A DNA stretch of 16,935 bases from Octopus sinensis (taxonomy: Eukaryota): assembly GCF_006345805.1 (NCBI RefSeq), contig NW_021824971.1:1-16935 (forward strand), in the 5' to 3' direction. How positions within the stretch are numbered: position 1 is the first letter of the stretch; the number at the start of each line of letters is the position of its first letter. Positions 1 to 10,887 of this stretch are shown here, one piece after another. The notes under the pieces are model-generated. The model made no database searches, had not been told where the DNA came from, and worked only from the letters and a program-made list of their open reading frames with translations. The position numbers and the translations under genes were made by a program.

Positions 1-20
1 GAACAAATATATATATATAT

Positions 21-51
<31 letters not shown>

Positions 52-490
52 CAGACTTCTTCGCTTCCCTCTTGGTGTGTGTGTGTGTGTGTAAATATAT
101 CATCTTTGTGTGTGTTATAATATATATCCATACAAAACATCCATCAAGGTATTCCGAAATAATTGAAAATGCGTAATACTTTTTTCCCTTCGACAAAACA
201 GGGTCACTTAAAGGTGACTACGAAAAATTCCATTTGTTGTAAGCTGCTCTGTGTGTGTCTTAACATTTTCCCCTACCGCAATAAAGAAAGATCTGTCCTG
301 ATCCAAACAGACACATGACGAAAGACGTTCCAATCGTGACTATCACGTCATTTTTTTTTTTTTAATACTTCCTTTTTTTCTTCTTTTTCTGGGGGGTTTT
401 TCTGGACTATTGGACTACTTTATCCAATGATTCTTTTTTTTTTATGTATATACTAGGTTGTGATTTGGCTGTTATAAGCCAGTGTGTATG

Positions 491-541
<51 letters not shown>

Positions 542-570
542 ATATAATATATAATATATATATTTGCATG

Positions 571-727
571 TATGTATGCAGATTACGTATATGTTGTATA
601 TATATGGATAATTATCAATTATTCAATATATATATATATATATATTTGTATGTGTGTGTTATATGTATGTATAGGTGCGTGCTTATATGTGTTGTATATA
701 TATATGGATAATTATCAATTATTCAAT
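571..727. repeat. Tandem duplication, period 100 bp, inside a TA-rich tract
   Basis: tatatggataattatcaattattcaat is identical at 601-627 and 701-727. Confidence 0.85.
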
Positions 728-741
728 GGATATATATATAT

Positions 742-816
<75 letters not shown>

Positions 817-1210
817 TATATTTGCTTGTATGTATCTGTGTGTAAATGCAGAATATGTGTGTAGAATTTTGGCTTCTTCCTTTGTGTGGAAGTTTAAGGA
901 AAACATATGTATATATAAGAAAGAAGAAGTAAAAAATGGCACAGAAGAGAGTTTTGATAATTTTTAGTCGTAGATATTTCGCTCTTCACAGAACAAATAC
1001 TCATAAATCGAGCGACGCCAAGAGAAATCGGTAATTCCAACATTGAAAAGGGTTGTAAGAGACCTTTGTTCCCACGAAGAAAAGGGGATTGAAGAGAAGA
1101 AAAGTATAGATAAACGGTAAAATTTGTAGGCAAAAAGAAAGACCCCGGTCAGAGCAAATTTCGACTAAAGCCATCTTCTTCCTTGTGATTCGAGTCTTGT
1201 GCTTTGCCAG

Positions 1211-1229
1211 CCCGGTAACATCAAGGGAG
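1211..1229 (+). other. Candidate 19-nt plus-strand microexon (acceptor uncertain)
   Basis: ccatcttcttccttgtgattcgagtcttgtgctttgccAG|cccggtaacatcaagggag|GTAAGT. Alternative acceptors would start the exon at 1195 or 968. Confidence 0.25.
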
Positions 1230-1352
1230 GTAAGTAGGTTGCCGCTACTGATGAATTAACATTGTGAAGGATACATACACAGATATATAAATGTATATAT
1301 ATATATATATATATATATAGAAGATATATATATGTATGTGTGATATATATAT

Positions 1353-1437
<85 letters not shown>

Positions 1438-1488
1438 CGATATATATATGTATGTGTGATATACACTGATATTATATATATATGGATA

Positions 1489-1524
<36 letters not shown>

Positions 1525-2468
1525 CATACACTCACATGAAGACAACATACTCTAGTATATAATATTCATATATATATATTTAAAGTGAAAAGATCCACAA
1601 ATATACACACACCACACATAATATATATATAATATATATATATATATAGATATATTATATACGTATATATGCGCATGCTCTGCATGCGTGGGTGGGCTGA
1701 AGACATTTCATAGCTTTTTACGCACATATATACATACATATGTAACAAAGTAGTGTGTGTGTGTGTTTATATATATATATATATACATACATAGACGCAT
1801 ATATACATACATACATACATACATACATACATACATAGACGCATACATATATGCATATACGCTGAGCTATCAGCATGCGTGGGTGGGTTAAAGATGTATT
1901 TGGCGCCTGAATGAGCTGGGGACGATGGCAGGCAGAGATAATAGTAATAAAAAAGAAAATAAGAGAGGTTTGCTGGTAATGGTGTTTGGATATAGAGAAT
2001 GTAAAGAATTTTGGTGGATCTGAGAACAAGAGCACATGACTTGCGTATAATTAGGACACACACATTCACACACACACACACACACACATATATATACAGT
2101 ATACATACATACTATATATGAGTAGTTTAGTCTCTTTTATCTGTAGCTTTCTGTAAGTCAAAATGCAGGGGCAGAATAACGGACCACAAGTTGACATTAG
2201 GGGAGTTTTTCGATTAACGAAACGGGAATGTGGAATCTATCAGGGAAATATGGAGAAAATATTTGTGAAACTGTAAAGGAATTTAGTGTCATTTCACGAT
2301 TCTTAAAGTGGAAAAGGAACTTTTTATACACCCGGATTTAGCAAGAAAAATATGTTCCTCGGAGCTGTTAAAACAACTAACTAAAGATTTGATAAATTTT
2401 TTCCTGTTTCAAAACAATGCAAAATACAAAAATATTTATTTTTGAAAATATAACACAATTTTAAAGAA

Positions 2469-2529
<61 letters not shown>

Positions 2530-2545
2530 ATATATATATATATTA

Positions 2546-2621
<76 letters not shown>

Positions 2622-2624
2622 CAT

Positions 2625-2658
<34 letters not shown>

Positions 2659-3512
2659 TTTTAGCTCTCTTTTCTATTATTCATTTATAAGATTTTAAAG
2701 TTTGATGTTAATATTTAAAAAAGAAAAGAAAGCCATATGGATGAAGATGCTGAAAGTGGTATTCATTTATCATCTTCACGTCATTCCTTTCATACTGTTA
2801 TGTCAAACTTAATGGTTTTGATTTAATTCCTGTGATTTTAATTAAATGTTAATTTAACATGATTTAACGCGATTTTTCTTTCATTCAAACAGACTCCAAT
2901 GCATTTAAATGTATATTTGCCAACGTATACTTAAGTGTATAAAATTGATGTATTCCTATTGAGGACAAGGTCAAATGAACAACTGGTATTTGGAGTTTTA
3001 AATTAAATGCTCTATATGTCTATATATAAAAACTGATCGCTTTGAAAAACAAAATAGAAAAAACGAATATGTTATGCTTCAGTTATTTAGGAAGTTCAAA
3101 ACGTATGGCCTAGATAAATGAAATATTTGTTCCGATTTATATATAAGTTTATTTGTGTGGGGGTGGAAATTAAAATCGATATCTTTTTGTACATGGAGAA
3201 TGAAATCCCAAATTTTATAGTACAAAAAAAAAACCTAACAGTGCAAACACCAATCGAAGAAGGAAAACATGTAAATAACATTCAAAGGATTAAGATTGAG
3301 ATATTAAAAAAAAAAAAAAATTTCCTCTCGATATTAACAGAGAAGAAAAAAAAATTTTTTCAATGAGAGATATGAGGAAGAATTTGGAGAAAAAGTCTTG
3401 TGACACTTTCAAAGCAGGGGAGATAAATTAATATAAAAATAGAGACGTAGGTGGCGATAGTGTGAAATGAGCAGAGTTCAAGGTGACATAAATACAGAAT
3501 TCTTATAACTTT

Positions 3513-3608
3513 TACAGTACAGCTGATGGCCTATGTGCGTTGATATAGACGTGTATATATATATATACACATCTACATCAACGTACACGGGCCATCAGCT
3601 GTACTGTA
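3513..3608. mobile_element. Foldback MITE-like palindrome, probable TA target-site duplication
   Basis: Arms 3513-3560 and 3561-3608 are reverse complements at 43/48 positions. The ends read TA|CAGTACAG...CTGTACTG|TA, consistent with Tc1/mariner-type ends. Confidence 0.75.
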
Positions 3609-3738
3609 TATATAATTTTTTTTAAATCTTAGGGTAGCAAAAATATTTATAAAAAATTCTTTGCTACCAGTGGTCGAGTGAGAAGGAAAAATTTAGTCAA
3701 TAGACTATATATTATTCATAGAAAAATACAGTGTACAT

Positions 3739-3925
3739 TCAAACACATAAGAGATAACCAAATAATAGGATATCTGACTCACTAGAAAGAGCAGTTAAAA
3801 ATCCAAGCTACTATTAGTTTGATCACTTTTCCTGCATATCTGTACTTGAAATAAATATTAGTGTTTTAACTGCTCTTTCTAGTGAGTCAGATATCCTATT
3901 ATTTGGTTATCTCTTAAGTGTTTGA
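3739..3925. mobile_element. MITE-like element with 62-bp terminal inverted repeats
   Basis: 3739-3800 and 3864-3925 are reverse complements with one mismatch, separated by a 63-bp spacer. TA dinucleotides lie just outside both arms. Confidence 0.8.
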
Positions 3926-4094
3926 GTAAATATATAGTATGTGTGTATGTAGTACACTGCACACATGCATTCTCAACACAGTCGCTTGATATGCTGGAAA
4001 TGCAAACCACACACACTACTGCCCTCAAAGAATGGAAGAACACTTTGAATAATTTAGTCCTAAAGACACTATGAAAACATAACACTATAAGGTG

Positions 4095-4440
4095 ACTGCA
4101 GTTGAAAAACTTCTGACATCAGGATTCTCGATAGGGGTCACCTAGGGCTAAAGGGCAACACCCGATGATGTCGTTGAGGAAAACTCAACACGATCGCTAG
4201 TCGTTTTAGAAATAGCAGCTAAACCACTCTTCACTGGTGTTCTAACTGCTTTGGAAAGCAATAGCCCTACAAACTTCTAAACACCGAAATCCTTTTGAAT
4301 ATAGTTCAGATGGATCAGAGCTGATCAGGAGCTAAAAGGCCAAACAAATACATACATTAGATATATGCAGGCCACACCTCACATTTGGAGCCAACGATGA
4401 AGCCTCTTCGGGGTCGTTCAAAATGCTAGAAATAACAGAA
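4095..4440. mobile_element. Cluster of decayed dispersed-repeat fragments
   Basis: tagaaatagcag at ~4207 recurs at ~7458 and as tagaaataacag at ~4426; ttcggggtcg at ~4407 matches the SINE core; ggctaaa-type ends at ~4145 and ~4330 resemble 7276-7283. Confidence 0.4.
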
Positions 4441-5094
4441 AAGTTATTCCGTGTAATCAAACCTAACACCCTTTCAAAAACGCTATACATTGTATAGCTT
4501 CTCAGGTTACAGTGTAAATGAATAAGAGACGAGATAGTCTTGGTTAGAATGCTCTTGTTATTAACAAAGGTGTGTGACATGGGCAAAATAACAAAGGCAA
4601 TCACTACCCACTCGCACGCGTACATCACACATACACCACAAACCGCACATACTAAAAATAAACCAGAAATAACACACATAGACCTACTGATTTTACCTGA
4701 CTGAAAATAACAGAGACGCAAATTAATTTTAGATCGATTAAACAATTTTACAAATGCACAAGTGCGCATATGAATATATGGAAATAGAGAGAGATACACA
4801 AAGGTTGGTTGAGATTTGGCAGATAAACGAGGAAGTACTCAATACATGTTCTATATTTGGTTTATTCAAACTAAGCATACATACTCGCACACAAACATTT
4901 AATGAAGGATTAAAAGCATGTATTTTAACACCTCGAATTTCGTTTATGGTAAATCGTATAATATAGAACAGTGTCTTAATTATCACAAAACTCGCTAATT
5001 TGGAGCGCAATTTGATAGACTATTTAAGAGAATTAACAATAGGGGTAACAAGCTAACAATATCATTCGTTAGGGGATCTGTTGAAGGGAGAGAG

Positions 5095-5255
5095 ATGTCA
5101 TGCGGCATTTGTTCCGATTTTTTACATTCTGAGTTCAAATTCCATGGAGGGCAACTTTGCTTTTCATCCCTCCGGGGTCGAAAAAGTTAAATACCAGTCT
5201 GGTACTAGGGTTGAAGCAATCAACAAACACTCTCCTAAAATTTGTTGGCTTTGAG
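5095..5255 (+). mobile_element. Degenerate tRNA-related SINE-like copy
   Basis: B-box-like GAGTTCAAATTCC at 5131, then ttttcatccctccggggtcgaaaaa. It is similar to the copies at 5522 and 10331 in this window. Confidence 0.65.
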
Positions 5256-5521
5256 GATAAATTAGAAACATGTTAGGAACAGACGATGTAAGAAGGAAAT
5301 TGCTCGCCCAATATTGTTAAGTACAAGCTGTCAGTACCCCCTTAGCATCATTATAGACTCGGGCTGAATAAACCAATGTACTGGGGCCCTATAGCGTCCA
5401 TTAGCAGCAATCCACAGCATACATAGAATAAAATCGGGACCCTAGATCCGTGGGGTCCCTGGCCAGCCCTGTTAATAAGAGGTAAGAACTATGTAGCCCT
5501 GTATTATATTATTTAGATACA

Positions 5522-5665
5522 GAGTTCAAATAACGCCGAAGTCAAGCTTTCCGTCCATCCTTTCGGGGTCGATAAAAAAAAAAAGCATCACTGTTGTGCA
5601 CTGGATTTCGATGTATTCGATTCCCTCTACCCTCAACATTGCTGGCCTTGTGCCAAAATTAAAAA
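5522..5665 (+). mobile_element. Degenerate SINE-like copy, same family
   Basis: GAGTTCAAATAACGCCGAAGTC...catcctttcggggtcgataaaa...gctggccttgtgccaaaatt; shares its core with 5131-5185. Confidence 0.7.
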
Positions 5666-5796
5666 GGATTATTAGATAGACTTTGTAAGTCTATCAATAA
5701 TGTTGGTGACCCTACATTATTGCAAAACTTACATGAAAATTTATTTCAAGTACAGATATGCAGATAAGTGGTAAAACTAGGTTTTTCGTTTCGTTC

Positions 5797-5800
<4 letters not shown>

Positions 5801-5837
<37 letters not shown>

Positions 5838-5920
5838 GTTATTAAAAGCAGTAGAAAATCACAAAAACTGTCAGTTTTATGTTCCCATTTGTCGGGCAGG
5901 GTAGAATATATATATGTATG

Positions 5921-5995
<75 letters not shown>

Positions 5996-6228
5996 GTATA
6001 TATATATATGAATTAATAATAAAAGGGTAAAATTAATTTAATCAATTAATCAATCAATCAATTAATAATTTTACCAATGATTCATTATTTTTCTCTTTGC
6101 CTACGTAAAAAATAAAGTTACTGTCTGGGAGATTCTTACGGCAGTAGAAAAGGAATTTTAACTCCTATTTCTAAATTCGGTAGCAGACCCCTAATTATAA
6201 TTATGTTTATGATTATAGAATATTTGAG

Positions 6229-6264
<36 letters not shown>

Positions 6265-6355
6265 TGTATGTATGTATGTATGTATGTATGTATGTATCTA
6301 TGTATGTATGTATGTATGTATGTGTGTATGCATGTATGTATGTGTGTGTGCGTGT
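5801..6355. repeat. (TA)n and (TATG)n microsatellites
   Basis: Tracts at about 5801-5834, 5908-6010 and 6231-6355. Confidence 0.95.
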
Positions 6356-6454
6356 AATTATAATTATTATTTGTCACCAATGCTAACATTACTCCTTAGT
6401 AAGTTATGTGAGGGTTTGCGGTTGTTTACGAACTTGCCTTTATTTCTATTTTAG

Positions 6455-6477
6455 CAAAGGTGCGGACAAATGATGAG
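6455..6477 (+). other. Candidate 23-nt (or 18-nt) plus-strand microexon
   Basis: cttgcctttatttctattttAG|caaaggtgcggacaaatgatgag|GTAAGT: pyrimidine tract, acceptor and consensus donor. A CTAAC branch-like site lies at 6383. Confidence 0.4.
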
Positions 6478-7221
6478 GTAAGTTTTACCGAATGCCTCCT
6501 TTGACCTCGATAAATGCACCTTGAGTTTTTTTTTTTATATATATATTTATTCCTGATCAAAGCGAGCATAATTTATTCCATTCCATATGTCGTTACGCAT
6601 TACATACATACATACACGTGAGAGCGACATAGACATCTGTGTGTATATATACAAATATGTATCCGTGCCTCTGTGTGTGTGTGTTTATGGGTGCATAAGC
6701 TTGTATGTATGTATGTAAAATAATAAATAAAGGTGCGCCAGCACTTCGTGAGATTGCCAACTAATGTTGAACGCAATGACACTAGATCCAAACAAACGAA
6801 TCGGACTTCAAAACATCCGGAGACTGACACCCAACACCGGTTGGTTGCTAACCACACAGCGAACGTTGTCAAAGATACCATGCACCAGTTTGTTACCCAA
6901 AGCTACGTTGCGTAAATAAATACCCTCAAATCACACCCTATCGTCTGGAAACATAACGAAGGCTACATTATTAAATACTGATATTAATGATTTAATTTAT
7001 TGCACGATAACATTTAATAATATTCCTATAATATATATACAGGTGTTTTCGTATATAATCAACATGCGATGTATATAGGTATATGTTTGTACACACACGC
7101 ACGTGAGCGCGCTCGAGTACATGCGTTCATGTTTTTTGTATCGCTGTGGAATTTAGGGCCCACAATGGAAGAACACATTGGATACTGTACTCTTCGGTAG
7201 ACTATGCCTAGGGAAAAAGAG

Positions 7222-7360
7222 GGTCATAGCTGAAACATCTTTGACCGCAAATCTGTTCAGTCAGGTCCGAATTAGGGCTAAACAACAACAGCTAAATATT
7301 TTACTGGCCCCGAGGAGCCAGTAAAATGCAAAATTCACCCAGGCAGATATTGAACTCGGC
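7222..7360 (-). mobile_element. Inverted SINE-like fragment plus a second dispersed-repeat remnant
   Basis: The reverse complement reads gagttcaatatctgcctgggtgaattttgcattttactggctcctcggggccagtaaaa (SINE core-like). It is followed by ttgttgtttagcc..., which also occurs at 9185-9197. Confidence 0.5.
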
Positions 7361-7473
7361 ATGTTAAATTATGGAAGTTAATAGCGCAAAGCATTTTAGT
7401 TCAATGCGCTTCCGATTCTGCATTCAAAGAAAAAAAAAAAAAGAAGACTCGCCCTGCTAGAAATAGCAGTTAA

Positions 7474-7674
7474 TTCTCAATCAAATCACAAGTGACAGTC
7501 TCAGAAAATGGTCCCCAGTTCCTTGCACACGAATGGCGCCAAAATACAAAAATGAACGAGGCTAACAAGGGAGCCCTTTTCGTGATTGATCGACTAGAAA
7601 TCGCAGTCAAATCGCTCTTAAGTTGCACTCTACGGACTTCAGAAAAAGAAGGACACATGGATGTGTCCGACTGA
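7474..7674 (+). pseudogene. Probable relic of a Ty3/Gypsy-type integrase
   Basis: The translation FSIKSQVTVSENGPQFLAHEW...LRTSEKEG resembles the rve integrase core motif (SDNGPQF). The catalytic D appears as E and the segment is short and isolated. Confidence 0.45.
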
Positions 7675-8806
7675 CACAAGTACTGAAGGAAAATAAAAAA
7701 ATTTAAAAAAGGAAAGAAATCAAATAAATAAATAAATACGTGGCATGGTTCTTCGGCTTCAAATGCCTTTAAAGGTTAAGTCTGTCTCCTCGACAAGAAT
7801 CGACTTGGCGTTAAAGAACAAAAACAATAACACGCAATAATAATCGAAACACAGGTAAGAGAGAGAAGAGGCGGTTTGGCTTGAAGTCCAGTGAAACGAT
7901 TCTGATAATGAAACCCATACTACAAAGGTTTTATAAACTTTAAGTCACGTGCTTAGGTAATAAGTTTTAAATAACCCTTCGTGTTTCCGCTACGTCACTG
8001 CTATTACAACTAAACTACAGGTTGCTTGTACATAAAATGAAAGTGTTTATTACTCGTATATGTAACGCCTGCGTGTGAAGATACATATACGTTCAGTCTG
8101 GCGAAGACTAAGAAGACGATACTTAATTTAACTTTTACGTTGTAACAATAAATGTGATAATCAGATTTATCGAACGATAAATTAATGTCAATTAATGTCA
8201 TTTTTTTTTTTGTGTATTTTGTATGTATATGCATTCATTCTTAGAGAGTTCCTGCACACACGAACGTGTAATTTCTGCCTATCAAAAATTATACACACAC
8301 ACACAAACATATATATATATATATATATGTAGATCATATCCATTTGATAGATTCACATGTCAAAATAATTGTGCGGTATATTCCACAAACCCACACGTAA
8401 ACTGCAAAACCAAGAGCACTGTATACCAATATATATATATGTACACGCGCACATATTATATACACATGCACACTGTTACCAATATATAATCACGGATCAT
8501 GAATAAATAAATATTATACAAGGCTCATATTCTAATAAGCATTTAGTTTCTCGGGGCAAATTAGGAGCTAATACACGCGCGCAAAAATGAATAAATAATT
8601 ATAAAAAGCAACAGCGAAACGAAGTAAGGGCAGCGAAACGAAACGATACTAATTGACGATAAACATTTTAGAAAGCTCCCTGGCAATTGCTTCTCTTTCT
8701 CTCTCTACTTCTTTTACATTCGTGCTGGTTTATTTACAAAACAATATCACATGTTGAAGCAAGATTTTCGTTGTTTATTTTTTCTTTCTATCTTATTTTC
8801 ATATTC

Positions 8807-8951
8807 TTATCGTTACTTTGTGGTTACGTTTTATCGTTTTGGGTACTTTTTATCGTTAGTTTTGTGTTATTTTTTTATCGTTACTGTTTTGGGGTTCATC
8901 ATGTTCCTATCATTACGTTTTTTTTTTCTTCGTTTTCAATATTTTATCGTT
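8807..8951. repeat. Cluster of five TTATCGTT motifs (degenerate minisatellite or homotypic site cluster)
   Basis: Exact TTATCGTT at 8807, 8831, 8850, 8875 and 8944. Confidence 0.7.
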
Positions 8952-9214
8952 ACTTTGTTTTGTTTTTCTCTGTTTCTTTGCAAAGAAATAACAACAAGCA
9001 AGCATATACATAGAAGGAAATCAGTTTGTGTAACATTCATGCTTTGAAAAATGCGTTTGTGTAACAGTCATGCCTTGAAAACAATTTTCTGCAAGAGAAG
9101 AATTTCGTGCGGATGGGTGAGGTGACATACATGTCTGTAGATATATTAACTGGCTTCATTTTTGACCCCACTCTCTCTCTCCATTTGTTGTTTAGCCTTA
9201 AGGACTTTGAAAGC

Positions 9215-9728
9215 ACTCCAGCCTATGCCGTGTTAAGGCACGGCACACTGGACGGGTTTAGAGACCCAAGAACTCCAATCCATGCCGTGTTAAGGCACTG
9301 CACATTGGGAAGTTTTCCGAGTGGGCTCGCGGGTTTAGAGACCCAAGAACTCCAACCTATGCTGTGTTAAGGCACGGCTTATTGGGAAGTTTTCCGAGTG
9401 GGCTCGCGGGTTTAGAGACCCAAGAACTCCAACCTATGCTGTGTTAAGGCACGGCACATTGGGAAGTTTTCCGAGTGGGCTCGCGGGTTTAGAGACCCAA
9501 GAACTCCAACCTATGCTGTGTTAAGGCACGGCTTGTTGGGAAGTTTTCCGAGTGGGCTCGCGGGTTTAGAGACCCAAGAACTCCAACCTATGCCGTGTTA
9601 AGGCACGGCACATTGGGAAGTTTTCCGAGTGGGCTCGCGGGTTTAGAGACCCAAGAACTCCAACCCATGCCGTGTTAAGGCACGGCTTATTGGGAAGTTT
9701 TCCGAGTGGGTTCGCAGTTTTAGAGACC
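9215..9728. repeat. 77-bp minisatellite: six full units plus partial flanks
   Basis: The unit start GGGTTTAGAGACCCAAGAACTCC recurs at 9254, 9331, 9408, 9485, 9562 and 9639, with a partial at 9716 (spacing exactly 77). A truncated unit lies at 9215-9253. Confidence 0.97.
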
Positions 9729-10330
9729 TAATTCTGATCTAAAGCTTGGGGTCTAAGGGCTCAGAGCATTGATTTGTCTGGTGGCGGGAGCTATATCTAT
9801 AACTAATTACATTCGTTACTTAAAGACTGCAGGCTGTGTGGCTTAAGAGAGATTTTAGTTGTTATATTTAGCAGGTCCTTCAAACACCTTTAAAACAAGG
9901 TGGTCTTGTAAAAGTCATGTCATTGTTTCATTATAACCGCATTGTTGTCGTGTGGCCCACTGTGACGTATATTTCTCATTCAACTAGGAACTGCTACACA
10001 GACACAAGTCGCGTTATAATTATTACATGGTTCATGCTCTCACAAAAAAAAACTTCGGGATTAGTAAAAAGTAGATTTTTACATTTATCATCATTGTTAT
10101 TGTGTTGGTGATGGTTCATAGATTTCTATGTTGTTCGTTTTGTTACTCTTCCTGGCAAAGGATTAAATCCAGTGATAGTCGACTGTGTGATACATCGTCG
10201 ATTAGAAGTTGGGAACGCGTTTTGCCATCCGTTTTTTTTTCTTTCTTTCTTTCTTTAGAGAGAGAAATTTTGTTGTCATATTCACTGCGTTGTCATCAAG
10301 CAGTACTGGCCATTTAGTTCAGCTTGTTTG

Positions 10331-10400
10331 CGTTCAAATCCCGCTGGGGTAAAGTTTGCCTTGCATTTATTTCATCCTTCTGAGGTCAGATAAAATCGAG
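10331..10400 (+). mobile_element. SINE-like fragment, same family
   Basis: gttcaaatcccgctggggtaaagtttgcc...ttcatccttctgaggtcagataaaa matches the core of the other copies. Confidence 0.55.
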
Positions 10401-10531
10401 TGTTCCGTCCCCAAATCCCTAGTTTTGTGTGTGCGTATGTGTGTGTCTCTGAGTGAGATTTTGGAACAATAGCATTCCTTAATTACGCTAACGAAGGCTT
10501 CAAGATCTTCTTCAGTCAAGTGTATATATAT

Positions 10532-10563
<32 letters not shown>

Positions 10564-10887
10564 CACATACACACGCTATATATGCGCACATAACATTCGT
10601 TGTATCATTCAACGTATTGGGGGGGGGGGCTAATGGGTTTTTTTTTCTTTTTTTTTTTTCAAAATTTAAAACAGTTATACACATTTTGTTTTTCCACGCT
10701 GAATGTAAGCCTCAACATCTCATTTGTAAAATTAAAACCATGCAATCTTAGCAACAACAAAAATTAAGCTTAGCAACTATTTTTCATTCATCCGACCCAT
10801 ATTTGATTTCTTCTTTCTTTCAACTTCTTACTTTCAGTTTTTTTAAATCTATTTATTTATATATTTCAGTTTTTAACCTCTTAACAT

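Larger units (their letters stand above)
1..2660. repeat. Multiple (TA)n, (TG)n and (TACA)n microsatellites
   Basis: Tracts at about 8-50, 75-92, 490-562, 729-802, 1293-1440, 1750-1835, 2057-2095 and 2476-2657. Confidence 0.95.

Noticed and set aside
1165-1247. Candidate minus-strand exon 2 (ttcatcAG|tag...; VAATYLPPLMLPGWQSTRLESQGRRWL*)
   Set aside because: The phase is compatible, but the acceptor is modest, there is no BH3 or recognisable motif, and nothing else supports it. Only junction reads could rescue it.
1248-1275. Hammerhead ribozyme core (CTGATGA at 1248-1254)
   Set aside because: There is no stem II followed by GAAA and no compatible stems I/III.
572-2651. ORFs rich in Y/I/C/V/M/H/T here and at 6203, 10367 and 15081-16698
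   Set aside because: They are translations of (TA)n, (TATG)n and (CA)n microsatellites.
6733-6915. 60-aa plus-strand ORF with natural-looking composition
   Set aside because: It starts at GTG, has no good acceptor or donor and no recognisable motif, and abuts repeat remnants.
7485-7560. Minus-strand VQGTGDHF as the missing BH3
   Set aside because: It lacks the conserved Leu, the nearby acceptor gives the wrong phase (0 rather than 1), and it overlaps the integrase-like relic.
8687-9047. Hydrophobic ORFs that look like membrane proteins
   Set aside because: They are an artefact of T-rich degenerate repeat sequence (F/L/V/S bias).
9215-9728. CRISPR array (GTTTTAGAG.../CTATGCTGT resemble type II-A repeat words)
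   Set aside because: There are no unique spacers; whole 77-bp units repeat. There are no cas genes and the context is eukaryotic.
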